Source: Bacteroidia bacterium
Lineage (GTDB): Bacteria > Bacteroidota > Bacteroidia > UKL13-3
DNA: 64,000 nt
Assembly: GCA_025454875.1 (NCBI GenBank)
Contig: JALONP010000008.1
Span: 38,616-102,615 of the forward strand
Reading direction: 5' to 3'
Positions 10,690-20,183 of this stretch are shown piece after piece (the first letter of the stretch is position 1; the number at the start of each line of letters is the position of its first letter). The notes under the pieces are model-generated. The model saw only the letters and a program-made list of their open reading frames with translations. It made no database searches and was not told the DNA's origin. The position numbers and the translations under genes were made by a program.

Positions 10690-11050
10690 CTTGGGGCTGG
10701 CCGCCCCAAACCGCCTCACTTTTTTTCTGTGAAAGAAGAAGTAAGCGCAACCTTCATGATACAGATACTTTTGTTACAAACTACATCATTTATTTCCCCC
10801 GCAACCCAAGCCACTTCGTTCGTGGGTTGCTTATCTAAGGCCACCGCTAAAATAAACGCTTTGTTTGTCACACAAAACAATCTAAGGCAAAGGAAGTGGT
10901 TAGGATTATTTTTTTTCGAGAGACAAAGTGCCGTTCCGATAGCTATCGGAATCCACCAATTGAGCGAAATCAACCCAAATTGGCCTAAGTAGCATTGGGC
11001 ATAGCATATAATGAGGGTTGATTTGGAATTGGTGGTCTGCTTTAAAAGGT
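10690..11050. repeat. Copy A of a ~360-bp structured non-coding repeat, in inverted orientation relative to copy B at 14465-14835.
   Basis: About 90% identical to the reverse complement of 14465-14835, with a near-identical ~170-bp core. Has a terminal GGGGC-TGGCC-GCCCC hairpin and a long imperfect inner hairpin (CCACCAATTCCAAATCAACCC ... GGGTTGATTTCGCTCAATTGGTGG). The ORFs across it are not conserved as proteins. Confidence 0.6.
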
Positions 11051-11129
11051 AACAAAAAGGACAGTTAAAGAACTTAAGGCTCCCTATTTATCATTTCAGT
11101 GTTACTGGTATTATTGCGGACATTCCTAT

Positions 11130-12803
11130 TTAAAACAGCCCGCTGATATTTCCATCAGCATCCACATCAATTTGCTCTGCCGCAGGATTATTTGGTAGAC
11201 CTGGCATACGCATGATTTCACCTGCCATTGGAATCATAAATCCCGCTCCAGCCGCCAATTCAATTTCACGAATGGTGAGGGTAAACCCAGAGGGCCTGTT
11301 TATCTTTTTTGCATCGTCAGAAAAAGAGTATTGCGTTTTGGCCATGCACACAGCCAAGTTTGCGTAGCCCAACTTTTCAATGCGTTTCATATCGGTAAGT
11401 GCTTTGGGTTGGTATGCTACAGAACCTGCTCCATAAATTTTAGTAGCAATGGCTTCAATTTTTTGTTTAATAGGCCAATCAAGTTCATACACATGGTTTA
11501 AATTCGTTGCATTGGTTTGGTCAAGAATTTGTTTGGCCTTGGTAGCTAAATCAATTGCGCCTTCACCTCCTTTTGCCCAAACCTGGCTGAGCGAAACTTG
11601 AATATTTTTTGCCTTACACAGTTCCAATAAAGCCTCCGTTTCTGCGGCCGTATCTGTTGGAAATTGGTTAATGGCAACCAATGCCTTTAATCCAAATGAT
11701 GCTACATTTTCAAGGTGCTTTTCGAGGTTGGCAAATCCAGCTTTAAGTGCGTCCACATTTTCGGCAGTGAGTTCTTCTTTGGCAACACCACCATGCGATT
11801 TTAATGCACGAATGGTTGCAACCAGTACCACTAATTGTGGCGCAATACCTCCCATTCGGCATTTGATATCCAGGAATTTTTCGCCACCCAAATCAAATGC
11901 AAACCCAGCTTCGGTTACCACGTAATCACTTAAACTCATTGCAGTTTTGGTAGCAATTAAAGTATTGGTTCCTTGTGCAATATTGGCAAACGGTCCACCA
12001 TGAATAATTGCAGGATTGCCTTCGAGTGTTTGCACCAAATTGGGCTTAATAGCATCTTTAAGCAAGGCAGCCATTGCACCATTCGCTTTTAAATCTTTGG
12101 CAAAAACGGCATTGCCATCTTTTGATTTACCAATATAAATATTGCCCAATCGTTCTTTAAGGTCTGTGAGGTTTTTGGATAAACACAAAATGGCCATTAC
12201 CTCTGATGCAACGGTTATATCAAATCCAGTTTCACGAGGAGATCCGTTGCTTTTGCCACCCATTGCAACCATGATGTGACGTAACGAACGGTCGTTCATA
12301 TCCATCACGCGTTTCCAAACAATACTAAGCGGATCAAGTTGTACCAAGGGATTTTTGGCTTGCAGTTGGTTTTCAATTAAAGCTGATAACAGGTTGTGGG
12401 CTTTTTCTACAGCTGCAAAATCACCTGTAAAATGTAGGTTGATATCTTCCATGGGAACCACTTGCGCATACCCACCGCCAGTGGCACCACCTTTCATCCC
12501 AAATACAGGACCTAATGATGGCTCACGCAATACAACCGTTGATTTAAGTCCAATTTTATTAAGCCCTTCATTTAACCCTACCGATGTGGTTGTTTTACCT
12601 TCACCAGCGGGAGTTGGAGTGATTGCAGATACCAAAATCAATTTGCACTGCTTTATTTTATTTTCGTCAATATAATGCAAGGGAAGTTTAGCCTTGTATT
12701 TACCGTAGGGAATTAAATCGTCAGCCGGAATATTGAGTTTGTTTGCAATTTGGGTAATGGGTTGCAACGTGGCTTTTTGTGCAATTTCAATATCTGTTAT
12801 CAT
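11130..12803 (-). CDS. fhs: Formate--tetrahydrofolate ligase.
   Basis: P-loop EGKTTTSVGL, length 557 aa, strong conservation throughout. Confidence 0.95.
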   Translation of the reverse strand: MITDIEIAQKATLQPITQIANKLNIPADDLIPYGKYKAKLPLHYIDENKIKQCKLILVSAITPTPAGEGKTTTSVGLNEGLNKIGLKSTVVLREPSLGPVFGMKGGATGGGYAQVVPMEDINLHFTGDFAAVEKAHNLLSALIENQLQAKNPLVQLDPLSIVWKRVMDMNDRSLRHIMVAMGGKSNGSPRETGFDITVASEVMAILCLSKNLTDLKERLGNIYIGKSKDGNAVFAKDLKANGAMAALLKDAIKPNLVQTLEGNPAIIHGGPFANIAQGTNTLIATKTAMSLSDYVVTEAGFAFDLGGEKFLDIKCRMGGIAPQLVVLVATIRALKSHGGVAKEELTAENVDALKAGFANLEKHLENVASFGLKALVAINQFPTDTAAETEALLELCKAKNIQVSLSQVWAKGGEGAIDLATKAKQILDQTNATNLNHVYELDWPIKQKIEAIATKIYGAGSVAYQPKALTDMKRIEKLGYANLAVCMAKTQYSFSDDAKKINRPSGFTLTIREIELAAGAGFMIPMAGEIMRMPGLPNNPAAEQIDVDADGNISGLF

Positions 12804-12967
12804 ATACTCACGAATGTAGGTAATTTACAGAAAAACGAAAGTGTCGGTTATTGCAGTAATATGCTCATATTACCACACACTTTTACATGATGTAAACGTT
12901 AATGTGACAATTCTCAGAACCAAATTGCAGATAAATTTCCCTATTGTTGTTTTTCTGAATTCAAGAA

Positions 12968-14041
12968 ATGGCTAAAATTAAATTTAACAACAGCAACCCC
13001 GAATTTTTTAACACCCTCAAAAGCCGTGTAAATGCTTACTTCGAAGACAAAAGCATTAAAGAAACTGGAAATTACAAGCTCTACACCAAAACGCTTATTC
13101 TTTCGGCCACGTTGGTTTTATCGTATTTGTGGATGGTATTTTTCACACCTGAATCAAACTTGCTTTCCATTTTGGTATGCATTGTAATGGGTGTAAATGT
13201 AGCCGCAATTGGTTTCAATGTAATGCATGATGGGGCTCACGGAAGTTATTCATCAAAAGAATGGGTAAATAAATTCATGGGCTTTAGCTTAAATATTTTA
13301 GGTGGCAATGTTTACTTGTGGAGCCAAAAACACAATATCAACCACCACTCATATACCAATGTTGAAGGTTTAGATGATGATATTGATATCAAACCGTTTA
13401 TTCGTGTGCACAGCACGCAAAAAAAGTATTGGTTCCACCGTTTCCAACATTATTACAGCTTGTTGCTTTATGGTTTAACGTATTTGTTTTGGGTTTTTAT
13501 GAACGACTTTAACAAATACTTTACCGGTAAAATTGCCTACCATACCAAAATGCGCAAAATGGATTTGCCAGAACATTTTAACTTCTGGATTTCGAAAGTA
13601 TTGTATGTGTTTTTCTTCATGATTTTGCCTTTTTATTTTGTGGGTATTGTACCAACCATTGTTGGGTATTTGGTAATGGCCTTTACCGCAGGTATTGTTA
13701 TTTCTATTGTGTTTCAATTGGCGCATGTGGTTGAAGAAGCAACCTTTGTTACTCCCACAAGTGATACAATGAAAATTGAAACTGAATGGGCCAAACACCA
13801 AATTAATACAACCGTTAATTTTGCTACACGCAGCAAAAGCATGAGTTGGTTATTGGGTGGATTGAACTTTCAAGTTGAACACCATTTGTTCCCACGCATT
13901 TCACATATTCACTATCCAGAAATCAACAAGATTGTGAAACAAACATGTGCTGAGTTTGGCATTATGTATAAAGAATTTCCAACGGTTTTAAGCGCTATTC
14001 GATCACACTTATTGCATTTGCGCTCGGCAGGTATTGCATAA
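12968..14041 (+). CDS. Membrane fatty-acid desaturase (front-end/acyl-lipid type, no cytochrome b5 domain).
   Basis: His boxes HDGAHGSYS, HNINHHSYTN, QVEHHLFP; multiple TM segments. Confidence 0.8.
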   Translation: MAKIKFNNSNPEFFNTLKSRVNAYFEDKSIKETGNYKLYTKTLILSATLVLSYLWMVFFTPESNLLSILVCIVMGVNVAAIGFNVMHDGAHGSYSSKEWVNKFMGFSLNILGGNVYLWSQKHNINHHSYTNVEGLDDDIDIKPFIRVHSTQKKYWFHRFQHYYSLLLYGLTYLFWVFMNDFNKYFTGKIAYHTKMRKMDLPEHFNFWISKVLYVFFFMILPFYFVGIVPTIVGYLVMAFTAGIVISIVFQLAHVVEEATFVTPTSDTMKIETEWAKHQINTTVNFATRSKSMSWLLGGLNFQVEHHLFPRISHIHYPEINKIVKQTCAEFGIMYKEFPTVLSAIRSHLLHLRSAGIA

Positions 14042-14464
14042 ACTACTCTTCGGTAAACTGGTCTGACTTGTTAGTTAAAAGTAGATCTAATCTGATACAT
14101 TCTAACACTTGTAGCATTTGATTTCAAATGATTCGAAAGCTGGAATAGTTAATACTTGTTTTTCTTCATAAGTTGTGATTCAATCTAATTCTTTATGCCG
14201 TCAAAACGCATTTTACTGACGCTTGCTTAAGGACGAAATCAGCCGTTCAACCTTTTACGAATTTGCTTCCAAATTCCGAAGGAGTTCGTTTTCTGGTGTG
14301 TATTAAAAGGATTATACCTTACCACCTGTTACCAAATAGTCAGCATTACAGAAATCTATTAGATGAAGTTGAATATTATATAGTACTCTTAACACTCAAA
14401 TCATATAGAAATGACGTTTTAAGTTCTTTAACTTTTCTTTTGTTACCTTTTGGTTCTGCAAAAG

Positions 14465-14835
14465 GTAACGCCAAAAGCAGACCACCAATTCCAAATCAAC
14501 CCTCATTACATGCTATGCCCAACGCCACTCAGGCCAATTCGGGTTGATTTCGCTCAATTGGTGGACCCCAACCGCACTTTGTCTATCAAAAGAAATAATC
14601 CGAACTAGAACCTTTGCCTTAGATGGTTTTGTGTAACAAACAAAGCGTTTATTTTAGCGGTGGCCTTCGATAAGCAACCCACGAACGAAGTGGCTTGGGT
14701 TGCGGGGGAAATAAATGATGTAGTTTGTAACAAAAGCATCGGTAGCATGAAGGTTGCGCTTACTTTTTCTTTCCCAGAGAAAAAGTAAGGCGGGTTTGGG
14801 GCGGCCAGCCCCAAGAGAACATCAAATACGGTATA
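14465..14835. repeat. Copy B of the ~360-bp structured non-coding repeat (inverted relative to copy A).
   Basis: Same conserved core and terminal GGGGCGGCCAGCCCC hairpin as copy A. Its inner end has a perfect 10-bp palindrome GTTACCTTTT...AAAAGGTAAC (14441-14470). Confidence 0.6.
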
Positions 14836-14909
14836 AATCCATTTTACTAGTAATGTAACGGAATACACATAACTTTAACATCAGAATCACCGTCAACTTA
14901 AAAAACCTA

Positions 14910-16181
14910 TTAAATCATCTCAAATCCAGTATACGGAACCAACGCCTTTGGGATGCGAATGCCTTCGGGTGTTTGGTTGTTTTCAAGTAAGGTCGCTACA
15001 ATACGTGGCAATGCCAAGGCACTTCCATTTAAAGTGTGCACCAATTGATTTTTACCCTCTTTGTTTTTAAACCTGCACTTTAACCTATTGGCTTGAAAGC
15101 TCTCAAAGTTCGAGGTCGAACTCACTTCAAGCCATCTTTTTTGTGCAGCACTGTATGTTTCAAAATCATAGGTCAATGCAGATGCAAAACTCATATCGCC
15201 TCCACACAAATGCAAAATGCGGTAAGGTAATTCCAGTTTTTCCAGTAACTGTTTTACATGCATAACCATTTCATCAAGTATGGCATACGATTGGTCGGGA
15301 TGTGCTATTTGCACAATCTCTACTTTATCAAATTGGTGCAAGCGGTTAAGTCCTCTTACATGTGCACCATAGCTTCCAGCCTCTCTTCTAAAGCAAGGAG
15401 TATAACCTGCGTTTTTAATCGGTAGCTCTTCTTCTTTTAAAATAACATCACGGTACAAGTTGGTAATAGGCACTTCGGCAGTTGGAATCAAGTACAAATC
15501 ATCTACACCAATATGGTACATCTGACCTTCTTTATCGGGCAATTGCCCAGTACCAAATCCACTCTCAGCATTTACAACATGCGGAGGCATTACTTCGTGG
15601 TACCCTGCCTTTATTGCTTCATCTAAAAAGAAGTTAATCAACGCACGTTGTAACCTGGCACCTTTGCCTTTGTACACTGGGAAACCTGCACCTGTAATTT
15701 TATTACCTAACTCAAAATCGATGAGTTGGTATTGAGCGGCCAATTCCCAATGTGGTTTGGCATCATCGGGCAATACAGGGATTGCACCGCTTTCAAAAAC
15801 AGTAATATTCTCTTCGGCAGTGCGTCCTTCGGGAACCGAAGCATGCGGCAAGTTGGGCAACGTAACCAACACGTCATAAACAGATTGTTCTAATTGTGTA
15901 AGTTGCTCCTCGAGTTGTTTGCCTTTTTCTTTTAGTGCTGCAGTTTGCATTTTAAGTTGTTCAGCTCCTGCTTTATCGCCTTTTTTCATCAACTCACCAA
16001 TTTGTTTGGCCAACACATTCCCATCGGCAAGTGTTGTTTCGAGTTGTACCTGTGCAGCACGTTTTTGTTCGTCTAATGCAAGCAGTTCATCAATAACCTG
16101 CGCTGCATTGGCAACATGTTTTTTAGCCAACCGCGTTTTAACATCGGCTGTATTTTCCCTTATGTAATTTAGTTGCAGCAT
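14910..16181 (-). CDS. serS: Seryl-tRNA synthetase.
   Basis: N-terminal coiled coil, class II aaRS core motifs, 423 aa. Confidence 0.95.
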   Translation of the reverse strand: MLQLNYIRENTADVKTRLAKKHVANAAQVIDELLALDEQKRAAQVQLETTLADGNVLAKQIGELMKKGDKAGAEQLKMQTAALKEKGKQLEEQLTQLEQSVYDVLVTLPNLPHASVPEGRTAEENITVFESGAIPVLPDDAKPHWELAAQYQLIDFELGNKITGAGFPVYKGKGARLQRALINFFLDEAIKAGYHEVMPPHVVNAESGFGTGQLPDKEGQMYHIGVDDLYLIPTAEVPITNLYRDVILKEEELPIKNAGYTPCFRREAGSYGAHVRGLNRLHQFDKVEIVQIAHPDQSYAILDEMVMHVKQLLEKLELPYRILHLCGGDMSFASALTYDFETYSAAQKRWLEVSSTSNFESFQANRLKCRFKNKEGKNQLVHTLNGSALALPRIVATLLENNQTPEGIRIPKALVPYTGFEMI

Positions 16182-16187
16182 TGGTTC

Positions 16188-16631
16188 TTAGTTGTTTTCG
16201 TTCACCACCACTTTGGTCATCACATCACCTTGTCTAATTTGGTCAATTACCTCAAGGCCTTCTACCACTTTACCAAACACCGTATGGTTGCGGTCGAGGT
16301 GTTGGGTATTTTGGCGGTTGTGGCAAATAAAAAATTGTGAGCCGCCTGTATTTCTTCCAGCATGTGCCATGCTCAATACCCCACGATCGTGGTATTGGTT
16401 ATCACCTGTAAGTTCGCAATCAATTTTATAACCCGGGCCACCAGCACCTGTTCCGGTTGGGTCGCCACCCTGAATCACAAAATCAGGAATTACACGGTGA
16501 AAACTCACGCCATCGTAAAAACCACTTTTGGCGAGCTTTACAAAATTAGCAACGGTATTGGGTGCATCTTTTTCAAAAAACTGAATTTTCATCACGCCCT
16601 TGGCTGTATGTATTTCGGCTGTTGTACTCAT
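16188..16631 (-). CDS. ppiB: Peptidyl-prolyl cis-trans isomerase, cyclophilin type.
   Basis: [19 protein letters not shown] cyclophilin signature. Confidence 0.9.
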   Translation of the reverse strand: MSTTAEIHTAKGVMKIQFFEKDAPNTVANFVKLAKSGFYDGVSFHRVIPDFVIQGGDPTGTGAGGPGYKIDCELTGDNQYHDRGVLSMAHAGRNTGGSQFFICHNRQNTQHLDRNHTVFGKVVEGLEVIDQIRQGDVMTKVVVNENN

Positions 16632-16800
16632 ATTCGGTATATTTAGGGCAGCGAAAATACAGAATTCAGTTGATTATTATCAATCCAACACAAAATTGAA
16701 ACCCATTCAAATTCGTACCCTTTTTCAAAATCGTGTTTTGCTGCTAGTACAGTCTAAACTATATTCGCAAAGCTGCAAGAGCGGTTTAAACTTATTGTAA

Positions 16801-19014
16801 ATGAACCACGTTCCACACCTTATTTCTGATTTGGCGCTCATTTTATTGGCGGCTGCGTTTGTAACCTTACTGTTTAAATGGCTTAAGCAGCCGGTAGTGC
16901 TAGGTTATATTATTGCCGGATTGTTAGTGAGTCCGAACTTTACCTTGTTTCCAAGTGTGACCGAACTCAAAAGCATTCAGATTTGGGCCGAGATTGGTGT
17001 TATTTTTATGCTGTTCAGCTTGGGCTTGGAGTTTAGTTTTAAAAAACTACTTAAGGTTGGCAGCACAGCAACCATTACAGGTTTGTTCGAAATTACCTGT
17101 ATGTTGTTACTGGGTTTTGGGGTTGGCCAAGCATTGGCATGGAGCAAAATAGACAGCCTTTTTTTAGGAGGCATCATTGCCATTTCATCTACAACCATCA
17201 TCTTCAGAGCGTTTGACGAACTCAATATCAAAACCAACAAATTTGCAAGTTTGGTAATTGGCGTTTTGGTAATAGAAGACCTTGTTGCAGTATTGTTGTT
17301 GGTGCTTTTGTCAACAGTGGCGGTTAGTCCAACTGTTGAGGGTAGTGAGTTGGTAGGTTCTATTGTAAAGCTGCTTTTCTTTTTGGTGTTGTGGTTTATT
17401 TCAGGAATCTTTTTGTTGCCTACTTTCCTAAAAAAGGCAAGCAGGCTCATGAGTGACGAAACAACCTTAATTGTTGCAATTGGTTTGTGTTTAGGAATGG
17501 TATTGCTTGCAGCGGGTGTTGGTTTTTCAGCAGCATTAGGCGCCTTTATTATGGGCAGCTTGCTTGCCGAAACAACACATGCCGAACGCATTGAGCATGT
17601 ATTTAAACCAGTAAAAGATTTATTCGGGGCCATCTTCTTTGTATCGGTTGGAATGCTCATTAACCCCGAGGTGCTTTATGCCCATATTGGTCCTGTGCTT
17701 GCCATTACATTGGCTGTGGTTTTGGGTAAATTATTGTTTGTTACCATTGGCGCTTTGTTAAGTGGCCAACCTTTAAACCACGCCATACAAGCAGGAACAA
17801 GCATGGCCCAAATTGGCGAATTCTCTTTTATCATTGCTACCCTCGGACTTACCTTGGGTGTTACAGGTTCGTTTTTGTACCCCATCGCAGTTGGTGTTTC
17901 TGTAATTACCACTTTTGCTACACCGTACATGATTAAACTTGCCGATCCTCTTTACAACTGGCTGGTTAAACATTTACCGCAAAGGTGGACCAACTCCTTA
18001 AACCGCTACAGTGCAGGAACCCAACAAATAAAAGCTGAATCGGATTGGAAAGTGGTGTTCACTGCATTTACCCAAGTAATGGTTATAAACAGTGTGCTCA
18101 TTGTTGCCATCATTCTCATTTTTAAAAATGTGATTGAACCCGTATTTTGGATATCGGGGTCGGTTGGCAGTTTTGTAGTTGCCTTGTTAGCACTAGCAGC
18201 CATATCACCTTTTTGGTGGATGCTCACAGCTAAAAAAATCAATAAGCCCTCGTATACCCAATTGTGGCTTAACAAAAACAACCGAGGCCCCATTATCATG
18301 CTCGAAATTTTGCGCGTAAGCATTGGCATCATTCTCATTGGGGTATTGTTTGTACAGTTTTTTTCAACGGCCATTGCGTTTAGTCTTGCTGCAGGCATTA
18401 TGCTCATTGTTGGTTTTGTGTTTTCGCGCAAGCTGCATGCTTTTACCTTGCGCATCGAAAAACGTTTTTACCACAATTTGTATTTGCGCGAGTCGATGCA
18501 ACCCAAATCGGTGGTGTCGCATTTATTGCCTTGGGATGCACATTTGGCTTATGTAGATATTGAACCCAACTCTGATTGGCTTGGCAAACCTTTAGGTGCC
18601 TTGCAACTGCGCGAGCAATACGGTATTAATATTGCCATGATAGAGCGCGGAAACCAAACCTTGATGGTTCCAGGAAAAACGGAGCGCTTGTATCCGTACG
18701 ACCGCATTGCCTTAATTGGAACCGATGAACAAATTACCCAGTTTAAAGAAGCCCTGGCTGCAACTGCAGTGCCTCAAACCCAAACGCTTGCTGTTTCGGC
18801 AGTGGCATTGGTGCAGTTTAAAGTAAATCCGGGTTTTGTGTACTTGGGTAAAAGCATACGCGAAAGTGCCCTACGCGAACGGTCGCAAGGATTGGTTGTG
18901 GGCATTGAGCGCAACGGACAGCGGTATTTAAACCCCGAATCTACTTGGGTATTTGAGTTGGATGATGTGGTGTGGATTGTGGGCGATGAATCTAAAATAA
19001 AAGCGCTGTACTAA
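16801..19014 (+). CDS. CPA2-family monovalent cation:proton antiporter with C-terminal RCK/TrkA-C domains.
   Basis: About 12 TM helices, then two soluble TrkA-C-like domains; 737 aa. Confidence 0.75.
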   Translation: MNHVPHLISDLALILLAAAFVTLLFKWLKQPVVLGYIIAGLLVSPNFTLFPSVTELKSIQIWAEIGVIFMLFSLGLEFSFKKLLKVGSTATITGLFEITCMLLLGFGVGQALAWSKIDSLFLGGIIAISSTTIIFRAFDELNIKTNKFASLVIGVLVIEDLVAVLLLVLLSTVAVSPTVEGSELVGSIVKLLFFLVLWFISGIFLLPTFLKKASRLMSDETTLIVAIGLCLGMVLLAAGVGFSAALGAFIMGSLLAETTHAERIEHVFKPVKDLFGAIFFVSVGMLINPEVLYAHIGPVLAITLAVVLGKLLFVTIGALLSGQPLNHAIQAGTSMAQIGEFSFIIATLGLTLGVTGSFLYPIAVGVSVITTFATPYMIKLADPLYNWLVKHLPQRWTNSLNRYSAGTQQIKAESDWKVVFTAFTQVMVINSVLIVAIILIFKNVIEPVFWISGSVGSFVVALLALAAISPFWWMLTAKKINKPSYTQLWLNKNNRGPIIMLEILRVSIGIILIGVLFVQFFSTAIAFSLAAGIMLIVGFVFSRKLHAFTLRIEKRFYHNLYLRESMQPKSVVSHLLPWDAHLAYVDIEPNSDWLGKPLGALQLREQYGINIAMIERGNQTLMVPGKTERLYPYDRIALIGTDEQITQFKEALAATAVPQTQTLAVSAVALVQFKVNPGFVYLGKSIRESALRERSQGLVVGIERNGQRYLNPESTWVFELDDVVWIVGDESKIKALY

Positions 19015-19838
19015 ACACGGTAAATGCCATCGGGAGCGAGGCGAACCTGCTTGTTTTTGTAAAGCATGCCTATGGTCATCTTAAAGGTTTTTTTGCTCAT
19101 GCCAAATACTTGGTATATGGTTTCGGCATCGGTTTTATCGTGGTAAGGTAAAAAGCCATTTGCTTTTTCGAGCGCGTTTACAATTTTATCAGCTTCGGTT
19201 TCGGTGCGTTTGTAACCTGGCTTGCCCAACATCAAATCTATTTTGTGATCGTCTTTTATCTTTTTCACAAACGCAGTGAACTGCTCCCCTATTTCCAATT
19301 TTTTAAATACCTCATTGTAATGCAAAAGGCCAAGGTGTTTGGTATTGATGATGCACAAATAACCCAAATCTGTTTTGCGTAATACCATTGCCTTTACCAC
19401 TTCCAACTCTTTTACGGTAAGTGTTTCGTTCGAAAAATCATCATCAATTAACTCGGTTGCCGCAATGCGGTCGCTAAGCAAATCGTGTATGATTTTAACA
19501 ACCACGGTATCGCCCACTTCAGTATCAAACAATTGTTGGGGCAAGGGCAAAAACAAATCTTTTTTTAAACCCCAATCTAAAAATGCACCATCTTGGTTCA
19601 CTTCGCGTACTGTTAAGGCAACATAATCGCCCACTTGACCCTTGGGTTTAAGGGTGGTTACCGTACGTTGGCGGTTGGCATCGAGGTATACAAATACTTG
19701 CACATAACTGCCCACTTCGGTTTTGGGAGGGGCAAATTTTTGGTCAATGAGCACACCATCGGCACCATCATCGAGCATCAAATGCATTTTGGTTTTACCA
19801 ATAACTTTGAGGTTGTGAAATTTACCGAGTGCCAACAT
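19011..19838 (-). CDS. S1 RNA-binding domain protein (CvfB/YitL family).
   Basis: Tandem S1-like domains plus a C-terminal winged-helix-like region, about 275 aa as in CvfB. Confidence 0.6.
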   Translation of the reverse strand: MLALGKFHNLKVIGKTKMHLMLDDGADGVLIDQKFAPPKTEVGSYVQVFVYLDANRQRTVTTLKPKGQVGDYVALTVREVNQDGAFLDWGLKKDLFLPLPQQLFDTEVGDTVVVKIIHDLLSDRIAATELIDDDFSNETLTVKELEVVKAMVLRKTDLGYLCIINTKHLGLLHYNEVFKKLEIGEQFTAFVKKIKDDHKIDLMLGKPGYKRTETEADKIVNALEKANGFLPYHDKTDAETIYQVFGMSKKTFKMTIGMLYKNKQVRLAPDGIYRV

Positions 19839-20001
19839 ATTAACTAAAGTGAAGGCGCAATATTACGGAAACAAAAGGAGGATACCGCGGGGGTGGAGGT
19901 ACGGAATGCGACTAACATGAAGTAAAATCGGCTATAGTTTCTGATAATTTGCAAAATAATCACTCTCCAATTCATGGTAAAGTGCCTTAGCTGCTGCATT
20001 G

Positions 20002-20183
20002 TTATTTTATAGATTGTTTAATCAAGCTCATGATATACTCTAGGTCTTTATCTGTATCCACCTGAATTTGATAATCACCATTACCCCAATGCCCCTTCTC
20101 TAAAACATCTTCTGCCAGCTGCTTAGGCAAGTCAAAAGTGAGTATATTGAAAAATAGTTTTTTGTTATTGCATAGCTTTTTAT
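20002..20183 (-). pseudogene. Start-less C-terminal gene fragment (...LEKGHWGNGDYQIQVDTDKDLEYIMSLIKQSIK*) immediately downstream of the DGQHR gene.
   Basis: Open frame of about 60 codons ending in TAA at ~20002, with no in-frame ATG/GTG/TTG start. It sits in the +2 frame relative to the DGQHR stop. The motif HWGNGDYxIxV...DLEY...LIKQS resembles a conserved C-terminal module of DUF5655-like proteins; this is from memory and unverified. Confidence 0.3.

Noticed and set aside
10716-10992. ORFs of 85-87 aa on both strands (10716..10973 -, 10729..10992 +), and the corresponding 14605..14868 - ORF, as small protein genes.
   Set aside because: They run through the inverted repeat copies. Only an internal low-complexity segment is shared between copies, while the N- and C-termini differ. 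The conservation pattern is therefore nucleotide-level and non-coding.
10690-11050. The repeat as a known RNA: tmRNA, RNase P RNA, SRP RNA or 6S RNA.
   Set aside because: No tmRNA acceptor/tag-reading-frame signature (no ...ALAA* tag, no GGGGCTGATTCTGGATTCGAC start or CCACCA end). No RNase P P4 or SRP domain IV consensus. Two diverged copies in inverted orientation also argue against a single-copy housekeeping RNA.
10690-12967. A THF or ZTP riboswitch controlling fhs.
   Set aside because: The repeat lies 3' of fhs on the - strand, not in its 5' leader. The true 5' region (12804-12967) shows no recognisable riboswitch consensus.
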